Below are positions 8,946 through 18,045 of a DNA stretch of 64,000 bases, piece after piece. The notes beneath the pieces are model-generated. The model was given only the letters and a program-made list of their open reading frames with translations, was not told where the DNA came from and did not search any database. Source of the stretch: an uncultured delta proteobacterium (GTDB lineage Bacteria > Desulfobacterota > Binatia > HRBIN30 > BPIQ01). Within the stretch, counting starts at the first letter, position 1. Each line of letters opens with the position of its first letter. The stretch lies in the NCBI GenBank assembly GCA_963761335.1, contig CAVXGR010000018.1, forward strand, positions 320,001-384,000, in the 5' to 3' direction. The position numbers were made by a program, and so were the translations under genes.

Positions 8946-10142
8946 ATGGTGGAGTGGGGAACGACGGCGCGGCGCGGGCGGCGACTGGCGGCGGGGCTGA
9001 TGGCTGTGGTCGCCGGCATGTTGATCCTCCTGCCGTCGCCGGCTGCCATGGCGCGCTCGTCCGGCAAGGGGAAGGCGCATGCGGTGGCGCCGGCGGTGGA
9101 CGAGCCCCATGCGGAGCTGCTGATGGACGCCGCCTCCGGCGACGTCCTCTACGAGCGCAACGGCCGCCAGCCGTGGCCGCCCGCCTCGATGTCGAAGATG
9201 ATGGTCATGCTGCTGGTCGCCGAGCGCGTCCGCGACGGCAAGATGCACTGGGACGATCCCATCCGCGCCTCGCGTCTGGCCAGCAAGATGGGCGGCTCGC
9301 AGGTGTACCTGCGGGACGGCGAGGTTTTTCCGCTCAGCGAGATGATGCAGGCGATCATCATCCACTCGGCCAACGACGCCACGGTGGCGGTCGCCGAGGC
9401 GGTGGCCGGGTCGGTCGGAGCTTTCGTCGAGCTGATGAATCAGCGGGCCGCCTCGCTCGGACTGAAGGACACCATCTACCACACGCCGCACGGCTTGCCG
9501 CCCGAGCCCAGGCAGGAGCCGAACATCACCAGTGCCCTCGACCTGGCGAAGCTCGCCCGCGAGCTGCTCAAGTACCCGGAGATCATGAAGTGGGCGGGCA
9601 CCGCCGAGGCGCCGTTTCGCAATGGCAGCTTCAAGCTGACCAATACCAATCACCTGGTGCAGACCACCAATTGGGTGGACGGCTTGAAGACGGGATACTA
9701 TCGCGAGGCGGGGTTCAACGTCACCGCCACCGGCAAGCGCAACGGCATGCGCCTGATCGCCGTGGTTCTCGGCGTCGAGCAGAAGAGGCACTGCTTCGCC
9801 GAAGCGGAGCGCCTGCTGAACCAGGGCTTCGCCGAGTACCAGCCGGTGTTCGCCGTGCACCGCGGCGACGTGGTCGCCAGCGACGTACCGGTGAAGGCGG
9901 GGACGCAGTCGTTCGTGCGCGTCGTCGCCGGCGCCGACCTGCGCGTGCTCGCCGGCAAGAACGAGAAGAAGAGATTCGTCCTGGAGCTGGCGTTGAGCGG
10001 CGAGCTGCAGGCACCGCTGGCGGCCTCCGCTCCCATCGGCGTGATCATCGTGCGCGAGGACAACCGCCAGATCGGCGAGGTGCCGGCGCTGGCGGCGGAG
10101 GCGGTCGAGCGACAGAAGTCGCTCTGGGACCGGCTCTTCTGA
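8946..10142 (+). CDS. dacA: D-alanyl-D-alanine carboxypeptidase (PBP5/6, peptidase S11)
   Basis: SxxK (PASMSK), SxN (HSAND), KTG motifs; signal peptide; C-terminal PBP5 domain. Confidence 0.9.
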   Translation: MVEWGTTARRGRRLAAGLMAVVAGMLILLPSPAAMARSSGKGKAHAVAPAVDEPHAELLMDAASGDVLYERNGRQPWPPASMSKMMVMLLVAERVRDGKMHWDDPIRASRLASKMGGSQVYLRDGEVFPLSEMMQAIIIHSANDATVAVAEAVAGSVGAFVELMNQRAASLGLKDTIYHTPHGLPPEPRQEPNITSALDLAKLARELLKYPEIMKWAGTAEAPFRNGSFKLTNTNHLVQTTNWVDGLKTGYYREAGFNVTATGKRNGMRLIAVVLGVEQKRHCFAEAERLLNQGFAEYQPVFAVHRGDVVASDVPVKAGTQSFVRVVAGADLRVLAGKNEKKRFVLELALSGELQAPLAASAPIGVIIVREDNRQIGEVPALAAEAVERQKSLWDRLF

Positions 10143-10217
10143 GTACTGTCCCAAGTCGGGGAACATGCCCCATTGACAACGACTGCGGTTGTCTTCACGA
10201 CGGTGCGAGCGCGGGTT

Positions 10218-10357
10218 CCTTCTCCCGCATCTTCTCGCGGGAGAGGGACAGGGTGAGGGCGCCGATCTCTTTGAACGTCGCAGAAATCATAGACTTTCAG
10301 TGAGAAAGGGACCCCTCACCTTGATCCTCTCCCCGCGAAAAAGGATGCGGGGAGAGG
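10218..10357. repeat. Inverted pair of BoxC-like hairpin repeats
   Basis: CCTTCTCCCGC..GCGGGAGAGGGACAGGGTGAGGG (10218-10259) and CCCTCACCTTGATCCTCTCCCCGC..GCGGGGAGAGG (10313-10357). Confidence 0.7.
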
Positions 10358-10472
10358 AGACCTTTCCCCGAGCCGGCGAAGCACAACAGGAAGGTCGGAT
10401 CGGCAACTTACACCACCCTCTTCTGAGCTCCGCTTGCATGCACCCGCGTCTGCCGTCAGAAAGGAGGACGGC

Positions 10473-11621
10473 ATGAAGCGGCTCTCGATTCTCGGCTCGA
10501 CCGGCTCGATCGGCGTCACCACTCTCGATATCGCCCGTCGCTTTCCCGATCGCTTTCGCGTCGTCGCCCTCGCCGCCGGGCGCAACATCGAGCGGCTGCG
10601 CGAGCAGGTCGACTGCTTCTCGCCGTCGCTGATCTCGGTGGCTACCGAAGAGGACGCCGAGAGGGTCGCGAGCCTGCTTCCCGGCTTCGCCGGCGAGATC
10701 TGCTGCGGCCCCGAGGGGCTGGTACGGGTCGCCACCGCCGAGGCGGACCTGCTGGTCTCGGCTCTGGTCGGCGCCGTCGGTCTGGTGCCGACGCTGGCGG
10801 CGATCGAGGCCGGGCGCGACGTGGCGCTGGCGAACAAGGAGGTACTGGTGGTCGCCGGCGAGCTGGTGACCGGCGCGGCGCGGCGCCGCGGCACGCGGCT
10901 GTTCCCCACCGACAGCGAGCACAACGCCATCTTCCAGGCGCTGCACGGCCACCGCCGCAGCGAGGTGCGCCGCATCGTGCTCACCGCCTCGGGGGGCCCC
11001 TTCCGCGGGCGCAAGCCTGCCGACCTACAAGGGGTCACCCGCGAGCAGGCGCTGCAGCATCCGACCTGGAAGATGGGCAACAAGATCACCATCGACTCGG
11101 CGACGCTGATGAACAAGGGGCTCGAGGTGATCGAGGCGCGCTGGCTCTTCGACCTCCCCGCCGAGCAGATCGACGTCGTCATCCATCCGCAGAGCATCGT
11201 CCACTCGATGGTGGAGTACCACGACGGCTCGGTGCTGGCGCAGCTCGGCATCCCCGACATGGCGATCCCGATCTCCTACGTGCTCGCCTATCCGGAGAGG
11301 CTCGACATGGGTCATCTGCCCTCGCTCGATCTCGCCGCGGCCGCCAACCTGAGTTTCGAGCAGCCCGATCTGGAGCTGTTCCCCTGCCTCTCGCTCGCCT
11401 ATCGCGCGCTCCGCGCCGGCGGCACGGCGTCGGCTGTGCTCAACGGCGCCAACGAGGTAGTGGTCGAACGCTTTCTCGCCGGCGCCATTCGCTTCGTCGA
11501 CATTCCGCGCCTGCTGGCCACCGTCATCGAGCGCCACCAGCCGGCACCGGCAAGCGACCTCGAGGCGCTGCTCGCCGCCGACCGTTGGGCGCGCGCCGAG
11601 GCCCGCTCGCTCGTCGGCTGA
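10473..11621 (+). CDS. dxr: 1-deoxy-D-xylulose-5-phosphate reductoisomerase
   Basis: ILGSTGSIG, LANKE, PTDSEH, HPTWKMGNKITIDSATLMNKGLEVIEA; AGGAGG RBS. Confidence 0.97.
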   Translation: MKRLSILGSTGSIGVTTLDIARRFPDRFRVVALAAGRNIERLREQVDCFSPSLISVATEEDAERVASLLPGFAGEICCGPEGLVRVATAEADLLVSALVGAVGLVPTLAAIEAGRDVALANKEVLVVAGELVTGAARRRGTRLFPTDSEHNAIFQALHGHRRSEVRRIVLTASGGPFRGRKPADLQGVTREQALQHPTWKMGNKITIDSATLMNKGLEVIEARWLFDLPAEQIDVVIHPQSIVHSMVEYHDGSVLAQLGIPDMAIPISYVLAYPERLDMGHLPSLDLAAAANLSFEQPDLELFPCLSLAYRALRAGGTASAVLNGANEVVVERFLAGAIRFVDIPRLLATVIERHQPAPASDLEALLAADRWARAEARSLVG

Positions 11622-11628
11622 GACGCTT

Positions 11629-11888
11629 CGGTGGCTCCGTAGGTGGGTGGCTCGGTATCTCAGTGGCTCAGTGGCTCAGTGGCTCCGGTGGTTCGGTAGC
11701 TGGGTAGGTCGGTGGCTCTCGCGGGTTTTCGGGTTTCTGGGTTTTCGGGTTGGAACACTTGCGGACGGGTGAGATCCACAGTTCCGAAGACCATAACCCG
11801 AGAACCCCTGAACCCGAGAACCCGACAACCCACGGACCTGGGCCACCGAGCCACCGAGCCACCGATCCACTGAGCCGAGCCACCGAGA
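11629..11888. repeat. Second inverted octamer-array element (GGTGGCTC/GGGTTTTC left arm; AACCCGAG/CCACCGAG right arm)
   Basis: Same units and mirror arrangement as 6238-6610, around a ~40-bp core. Confidence 0.85.
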
Positions 11889-11949
11889 TACGCTTTACAG
11901 GCTCCGGTGCCGATGGTACGGATTGTCGCTTGGACGAGGAGTTCAAGGT

Positions 11950-12312
11950 TTGAACCAGAAGCAACTGAAGGCATTCCGAAAGCTGCTCGACGAGCGGCGC
12001 AGAGAGCTGCTCGACGAGGCGGAGCGCACCGTCGGCGGTATGAACGACGCGCGCGAGAACTTTCCCGATCCGACCGACCGCGCCTCGCTGGAGGGCAATC
12101 GCAACCTGCTGCTGCGCATCCGCGATCGCGAGCGCAAGCTGATCACCAAGATCGACGAGGCGATTGAGCGGATCGAGGACGGCACCTACGGCGAGTGCGA
12201 GTCCTGCGGTGGTCAGATCGCCGTGGATCGCCTCAAGGCCCGTCCGGTGACCACTCTCTGCATCGACTGCAAGGAGAGCCAGGAGGCCGACGAGCGCCGC
12301 CAGCGCGGCTGA
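11950..12312 (+). CDS. dksA: RNA polymerase-binding protein DksA
   Basis: DPTDRA coiled-coil tip; CESC...CIDC zinc finger; TTG start after GAGGAG. Confidence 0.92.
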   Translation: MNQKQLKAFRKLLDERRRELLDEAERTVGGMNDARENFPDPTDRASLEGNRNLLLRIRDRERKLITKIDEAIERIEDGTYGECESCGGQIAVDRLKARPVTTLCIDCKESQEADERRQRG

Positions 12313-12339
12313 TCCCGGCGCCGGCGGCGCGGCGCTCAA

Positions 12340-13308
12340 TCAGGGCAAGCCGTCCCCGGTCTCCCATCGGTGCCACTGCCGCAGATAGGCATCGAGGTTG
12401 TCGCGCGTGACCACGTCGATGCCGGAGTAGTGGAACACCTCGGCGGGCGGATGCCCGTCGACGATGTTCTTGAGCAGCCGCACCGACTCCTCCCCCCAGC
12501 CGAAGTACTTCTGCCCGACGAGGAGCTGCACCTTGCCGGCCCGCAGCAGGTCGGGGGCCGGCGGAATGGTATCGAAGGCGACCACCTTGGTCTTTGCGGG
12601 GTCGACTGGGTCGAGAGCGTTGCGCACGAAGACCGGCCATCCGCCGACGGAGAGCCAGCCGGCGAGGTCGGGGTAGCGCTGGGTCGCCGAGGCGATCACC
12701 TCGGCGACGCGCACCGCATCGTCGCGGACGTCGAAGGTCTCGACGATGTCGATGTCCGGATGCGAGCGCAGCGCCGCCACCGCCCCCTCGTAGCGCTTCT
12801 GCAAGTTGTCGGCGCCGAGCGAGGTGATGATCGCGACCTTGCCCTTGTCGCCGAGCAGCCGCGCCAGGCCCTCGCCGAGGGCGCGGCCGCCGTCGACGTC
12901 ATTGACCCCGTAGAAGGCCAGGCGCTTGCTGCGAGGCGCATCCGAATCCCAGGTGATCACCGGGATGCCGGCATCGACGGCGCGGTCGATGGCGTCGGTG
13001 AGCAGGTCGCCGTTCAGGCAGGAGATGGCGATGCCGTCGACGCGCTGGGTGATGAAGGACTCGAGGATCTCCTTCTGGCGGATCTCGTCCGTGCTCTGCG
13101 GCCCGCGCCAGAGAATTTCGATGCCGCCGATACGGCGCGCGGTGCGCTCGGCGCCGATGCGGGCGTAGTCGAAAACGGGAATGTGCAGCGCCTTCGGAAT
13201 GAAGGCGAAACGCAGGGGCCGAGCTCCCGACCTCTCGCGGTTGCAGCCGGCGACGCCGAGCCCCAGCGCCAGCAGCGCCGCCGCGGTCCAGATGACGTGT
13301 CTCCTCAT
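12340..13308 (-). CDS. Sugar ABC transporter periplasmic binding lipoprotein (RbsB-like)
   Basis: Lipobox VAGC; VDGIAIS, GIPVITWDSD. Confidence 0.88.
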   Translation of the reverse strand: MRRHVIWTAAALLALGLGVAGCNRERSGARPLRFAFIPKALHIPVFDYARIGAERTARRIGGIEILWRGPQSTDEIRQKEILESFITQRVDGIAISCLNGDLLTDAIDRAVDAGIPVITWDSDAPRSKRLAFYGVNDVDGGRALGEGLARLLGDKGKVAIITSLGADNLQKRYEGAVAALRSHPDIDIVETFDVRDDAVRVAEVIASATQRYPDLAGWLSVGGWPVFVRNALDPVDPAKTKVVAFDTIPPAPDLLRAGKVQLLVGQKYFGWGEESVRLLKNIVDGHPPAEVFHYSGIDVVTRDNLDAYLRQWHRWETGDGLP

Positions 13309-14261
13309 TGGCGCTCCCGCGTGGCCAGGCGGTCCATGACGACGATGAGTACGACGGCGACGCCGAGAATCAGTCGATCGGCGAAGGTGCCGCCGGGAAT
13401 CTGCTCCAGGGCGTTGCGCAAAACCCCGAAGATCAAGGCGCCGATGACGGCGCCCACCACCGAGGCGCGGCCACCGCTCAGGGAGGCGCCACCCACCACG
13501 GCTGCGGCGATGATGTCGAGCTCGTATCCCGTCGCCAGATCCGCCTTTCCCTGTCCCTGTACCACTGCGAGGACGACCCCGGAAAGAGCGGAGAGAAAGC
13601 CGCCGGCGACATAGACGAAGAGCTTGACGCGATCGACGCGAACGCCGGCATAGCGGGCGGCCAGCTCGTTGCCGCCGGTCGCCAGGACGTGGCGTCCGGT
13701 CGCGGTACGCACCATGACCACCTGAAAGAGAGCGGCGAGCCCGATCATGACCAGCCCGGGCCAGGCCGACAGCGGCACGCCCAGTGGCGCGTAGCTGGCC
13801 GGCAAACGCGAGGACAGATCGTAGAATCGCCCCTCGGTGATGAGAAAGGCGGCGCCGCGGCTGATTCCCATGACCCCGAGGGTGGCGATGAACGGCGGCA
13901 GCCGCACGGATATCACCAGCAGGGCCGACAGCGCGCCGCTGAGGATTCCGGTGGCGAGACCGCCGAGACAGGCGAGCCACAGCGGCCAACCGGCGCTGAC
14001 GAAGAGATTCCCGGTGATCACCGAGGCGAGAGCGATCACGGCGCCGGGCGCCAGATCGATGCCGCCCGAGCCGATGATCATCGCCGCGCCGATGGCGCCG
14101 ATGCCGTAGATGCTGGAGTACTTGAGGATGAGGGCGATGTTGGCGAAGTTGGCGAAGGTGTGGCGGCCGCCGTCGGCCGGCATCAGCACGATCGTGAAGA
14201 AGGCGAACTCGAGCGCCAGGATCAGCATGGCGCTCCAGCCGGAGACCAGGCGAAACCTCAT
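13305..14261 (-). CDS. Sugar ABC transporter permease (RbsC-like)
   Basis: GGIDL, PPFIATLG, GGNE.AARYAGV, YELDIIAAAVVGGASLSGG. Confidence 0.9.
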   Translation of the reverse strand: MRFRLVSGWSAMLILALEFAFFTIVLMPADGGRHTFANFANIALILKYSSIYGIGAIGAAMIIGSGGIDLAPGAVIALASVITGNLFVSAGWPLWLACLGGLATGILSGALSALLVISVRLPPFIATLGVMGISRGAAFLITEGRFYDLSSRLPASYAPLGVPLSAWPGLVMIGLAALFQVVMVRTATGRHVLATGGNELAARYAGVRVDRVKLFVYVAGGFLSALSGVVLAVVQGQGKADLATGYELDIIAAAVVGGASLSGGRASVVGAVIGALIFGVLRNALEQIPGGTFADRLILGVAVVLIVVMDRLATRERQ

Positions 14262-15655
14262 GCCGCCCGTGTCGCGCCGGTGATCAGCGCTGCCAGCTCC
14301 ATCTCGGTGGCCTGCTCGCGTGCCAGCTCCCCGACGATGCGCCCCGCACGCAGGGCGACGATGCGATCGCACAGCGCCAGCAGCTCGGGGAGCTCGCTCG
14401 ACGCCATCAGAATCGCCGCGCCGCCCTCGGCGAGATCGCCGATGACGCGGTGAATCTCTGCCTTGGCGGCGACGTCGACCCCGGCGGTGGGCTCGTCGAG
14501 GAGCAGCAGGCGCGGCGCATGGCGCAGAACCCGCGCCAGCAGCAGCTTCTGCTGGTTGCCTCCCGAGAGCGATTGGACCGGCGCCTCGCTGCCGCTGCTG
14601 CGGAGCCGCAAGCGTGCGATCCAGTCGCGGGCGACGGCGCGCTCTTGCCGCGGGTGCAGCAGCCAGCCGCTCGCCGGCAGGCAGAGGTTCTCGCGCAGGC
14701 GCAGGGCCGGCACCAGGCCCTTGCGCTTGCGATCCTCGGGAACCAGGTGCGGTGGCGCGGCGCAGCGCAGTCGCCCGCGGCGGCGCGGCCGCAGGCCGGT
14801 GACGACCTCCAGGAGCTCGCTGCGTCCTGCCCCGATCAGTCCCGCCAGGCCGACGATCTCGCCCTGGCGCAGCGACAGCGTGATGTCGCGAAGGGCGGCG
14901 CTGTCGACGCCGTCGAGCTCGAGCATCATGGCGCCCGGGGGGTGATCGCGCCGTCGTTGGGGCTCGAGATCGCGGCCGACCATGTGGCGTACCACCGCCG
15001 CGGTGTCGAGCGCGGCGACCGGAGCCGCGGCGGTCACACGACCGTCGCGCAGCACGGTGACCCGGTCGGCGAGCGACAGAACCTCGTCGATGCGGTGGCT
15101 CACGTAGACGACGCCGCTTCCCGCGGCCCGCAGATCGCGGATGGCCGCGAACAGTTGCTGCGCCTCGGCGTCGCCGAGCACCGCCGTGGGTTCGTCCAGC
15201 AGGAGAAGCTGCGGCGCGCCGGTAAAGGCACGCGCCAGCTGCACCTGCTTGGCCTGCACGGGGGAAAGCGCTCCCAGCCGCGCCCGCGGCTCACAGGCGC
15301 AGCCGATGCGGCGCAGGGCCGCCGCCGATTCGTCGCGCATCTGAGCGCGGCGCAGGAGGCGGAAGCGCCGCCGCTCGCGCCCGAGGAAGATCCACTCGGC
15401 CGCCGTGAGATCGGCAGGCAGCGCCGGGTCCTGGGGAACCCAGGCGGCGGCATCGCAGACGATGGTTCCGCGGGTCGGCCGCACGGCACCGGCAATGGCG
15501 CCCAGCAGTGTCGACTTGCCGGCGCCGTTCTCGCCGACGACGGCGTGGATCTCTCCCGCGTGAACCTCGAGGTCGACGCCGTCGAGAGCCGCGGTGGCGC
15601 CGTAGCGCACGCTGAGCTGACGAACCGATACCAGCAGAGCGCCAGCGCGGCTCAC
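14258..15655 (-). CDS. Sugar ABC transporter ATP-binding protein (two NBDs, RbsA-like)
   Basis: GENGAGKST, LLDEPT twice, LSGGNQQK, SSELPEL; GTG start overlapping the tatD stop. Confidence 0.9.
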   Translation of the reverse strand: MSRAGALLVSVRQLSVRYGATAALDGVDLEVHAGEIHAVVGENGAGKSTLLGAIAGAVRPTRGTIVCDAAAWVPQDPALPADLTAAEWIFLGRERRRFRLLRRAQMRDESAAALRRIGCACEPRARLGALSPVQAKQVQLARAFTGAPQLLLLDEPTAVLGDAEAQQLFAAIRDLRAAGSGVVYVSHRIDEVLSLADRVTVLRDGRVTAAAPVAALDTAAVVRHMVGRDLEPQRRRDHPPGAMMLELDGVDSAALRDITLSLRQGEIVGLAGLIGAGRSELLEVVTGLRPRRRGRLRCAAPPHLVPEDRKRKGLVPALRLRENLCLPASGWLLHPRQERAVARDWIARLRLRSSGSEAPVQSLSGGNQQKLLLARVLRHAPRLLLLDEPTAGVDVAAKAEIHRVIGDLAEGGAAILMASSELPELLALCDRIVALRAGRIVGELAREQATEMELAALITGATRAA

Positions 15656-16488
15656 GTCGCCGGCGCCGGCGGCAGGCGGAAGAGCCGCCGCGTATTCTCC
15701 GCCGCTGTGGTCGCCAGCGCCGCAAGAGAGGTGCCGCGAACCTGCGACAGGTGCTCCGCCGTGTGCAGCACGAAGGCGGGCTCGTTGCGCTGCCCGCGAC
15801 GCGGCACCGGCGCCAGAAATGGCGCGTCGGTCTCCACCATGAGCCGGTCCTCCGGTGTCATCCGCGCCGCGGCGCGCAGCTCGTCGGCGTTCCTGAAGGT
15901 GACGATGCCGCTGAACGACAGGTGAAACCCGAGGTCGAGAAACGTGCGGGCGTTCTCCCGATCTCCCGAGAAGCAGTGGATGACGCCGCCATTCTCGCCG
16001 GCTCTCTCCTCGCGCAGGATGCGGGCGCAGACGTCGTAGGCGTCGCGCAGGTGCACCACCAGCGGCAGGCGGCGCTTGCGCGCCAGGTCGACGAAGCGGC
16101 GCAGGGCGTCCTCCTGCGCCGGCCGCGGCGAGTTGTCGTAGTAGAAGTCCAGGCCGGTCTCGCCGATGGCGACCACCTTCGGGCTCTCCGCCAGGCGTTC
16201 GATCTCCGCCAGTGAGGTATCGTCCACCGTGCGGGCGTCGTGCGGGTGGATGCCGACGGTCGCGTAGATGTCGTCGTGCTCCGCGGCGAGGGCCACGGCG
16301 CGATGGTTGCACTCCATCGGGCCGCCGGCGCCGATGGTGACCATCGGCGTCACCCCGGCGGTACGGGCGCGCTCGATCACCGCATCGCGATCCGGGTCGA
16401 AACGCTCCACGTCGAGGTGGCAATGGGAATCGATCGCGGTGACGCCGGCGGCGAGCTCCGGCAGCCGCATCGACGGCGCCGCGCCCAT
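15652..16488 (-). CDS. tatD: TatD family nuclease (YcfH-like)
   Basis: DSHCH, GIHPH, IGETGLD, HCFSG, ETDAPFLAP. Confidence 0.93.
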   Translation of the reverse strand: MGAAPSMRLPELAAGVTAIDSHCHLDVERFDPDRDAVIERARTAGVTPMVTIGAGGPMECNHRAVALAAEHDDIYATVGIHPHDARTVDDTSLAEIERLAESPKVVAIGETGLDFYYDNSPRPAQEDALRRFVDLARKRRLPLVVHLRDAYDVCARILREERAGENGGVIHCFSGDRENARTFLDLGFHLSFSGIVTFRNADELRAAARMTPEDRLMVETDAPFLAPVPRRGQRNEPAFVLHTAEHLSQVRGTSLAALATTAAENTRRLFRLPPAPAT

Positions 16489-16490
16489 GG

Positions 16491-18026
16491 TCAGACGCTC
16501 GCCTCCACCTCGATGCGGGGGAAGAGAATTTCCGGCTTCTCGACGCGGTCGCCCGGTGCGAAATGCCGGCCCCACTCGGGATCGCTGCCCGGGGCTCTGT
16601 CGGCGTCGCCCGGGCGTCCCAACAAGCGGAGGATGCGGGCGCTGGTGTCGGGCATGGCCGCGTGGATGAGGACGGCGCTGAGGCGCAGCGCCTCGAGCAG
16701 GTGGTGAAGGATGGCGCCGACACGCGGCCGCTGCGCCTCATCCTTGGCCAGGGTGAAGGGTGCGGTCACGACGATGTACTTGTTGGCGTGGTCGATGGCG
16801 CGCCAGATGCTCTCCAGCGCTCGGTGAAAGGACATCTGCTCGATGTACGCCGGGCTTTCGCGCAAGGCCGTGGTGAAGGCGGCGATCAGCTCCCGGTCCT
16901 CCGCGGTCGGCTCCTGTACGGCCTGCACCTCGCCGCCGAAGTAGCGCTGCTGCATCGACAACGTGCGGCTGACCAGATTGCCGAGGTTGTTGGCGAGATC
17001 GGCGTTGATGCGGGTCACCAGCGCGTCCTCGGTGAAGGAGGCGTCGTGGCCGTAGGCCATCTCCCGCAGCAGGAAGTAGCGGACGGCCTCCATGCCGAAG
17101 CGATCGCGCAGTGCCAGCGGTCGGATGACGTTGCCGAGGCTCTTCGACATCTTGCTCTCGCCCATGGTCCACCAGCCGTGGACGACGAGCTGCTTGTAGA
17201 GCGGTAGATCCGCTGCCATCAGCATGGTGCTCCAGAACACGCCGTGCGGCTTGATGATGTCCTTGCCGATGATGTGGTGCACCTGCGGCCAGAAGCGCTG
17301 AAAGGTCTCCTCGCCCACCTGCTTGAGACCGCTGACGTAGTTGATCAGGGCATCGAACCACACATAGGTGATGAAGTTCGGGTCGAAGGGCAGCTCGATG
17401 CCCCAGTGGACGCGCGACTTCGGGCGGGAGATGCAGAGGTCGGAGAGCGCCTCGCCGCGCAGCAGCCCGATCACCTCGTTGCGGTAGGCGTCGGGAACGA
17501 TGGTCTCCGGATGGGCCTCGAGGTGCCGCAGCAGGGGCTCCTGGTAGCGGGACATGCGGAAGAAGTAGTTCTCCTCCTCGATGAGCTCGGGCGGACGCAG
17601 ATGTTCCGGGCACTTGCCGTCGACCAGCTCCTTTTCCGTGTAGAAACGCTCGCAGCCCGTGCAGTAGAGCCCGCCGTAGCGATCGAAGTAGATGTCGCCC
17701 TTGGCGTGGACGCGCGTGAGGATGTCCTGCACGACGCGAACGTGGGCCGGATCGGTGGTGCGGATGAAGTGATCGTAGGAGATGCCGCAGGCCTCCCAGG
17801 TCCGCCGGAAGGTGGCGGCGATGTCGTCGGCGAACTGGCGTGGGGAGACGCCGGCGGCGGCGGCGGCGCGCGCCACCTTGTCGCCGTGCTCGTCGGTGCC
17901 GGTGAGAAAAAAGGTCTCTTCGCGCAGGCGCCAGTGGCGGGCCAGGGTGTCACACACCACCATCTCGTAGAGATGTCCGATGTGCGGCTCGGCGTTGACG
18001 TACGGCAGGGCCGTGGTGACGTACAT
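16491..18026 (-). CDS. metG: Methionine--tRNA ligase, short form without C-terminal tRNA-binding domain
   Basis: HIGH, GTDEHG, YVWFDALINY, KMSKS. Confidence 0.96.
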   Translation of the reverse strand: MYVTTALPYVNAEPHIGHLYEMVVCDTLARHWRLREETFFLTGTDEHGDKVARAAAAAGVSPRQFADDIAATFRRTWEACGISYDHFIRTTDPAHVRVVQDILTRVHAKGDIYFDRYGGLYCTGCERFYTEKELVDGKCPEHLRPPELIEEENYFFRMSRYQEPLLRHLEAHPETIVPDAYRNEVIGLLRGEALSDLCISRPKSRVHWGIELPFDPNFITYVWFDALINYVSGLKQVGEETFQRFWPQVHHIIGKDIIKPHGVFWSTMLMAADLPLYKQLVVHGWWTMGESKMSKSLGNVIRPLALRDRFGMEAVRYFLLREMAYGHDASFTEDALVTRINADLANNLGNLVSRTLSMQQRYFGGEVQAVQEPTAEDRELIAAFTTALRESPAYIEQMSFHRALESIWRAIDHANKYIVVTAPFTLAKDEAQRPRVGAILHHLLEALRLSAVLIHAAMPDTSARILRLLGRPGDADRAPGSDPEWGRHFAPGDRVEKPEILFPRIEVEASV

Positions 18027-18045
18027 GGGGGCGGCTCTGCCTCCC

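Noticed and set aside
6238..11888. Repeat arrays as CRISPR
   Set aside because: 8-nt tandem units without unique spacers; no cas genes in the window
14258..16741. 827-aa ORF suggesting an extended ABC ATPase
   Set aside because: The upstream part overlaps tatD/metG in another frame; the real start is GTG 15655
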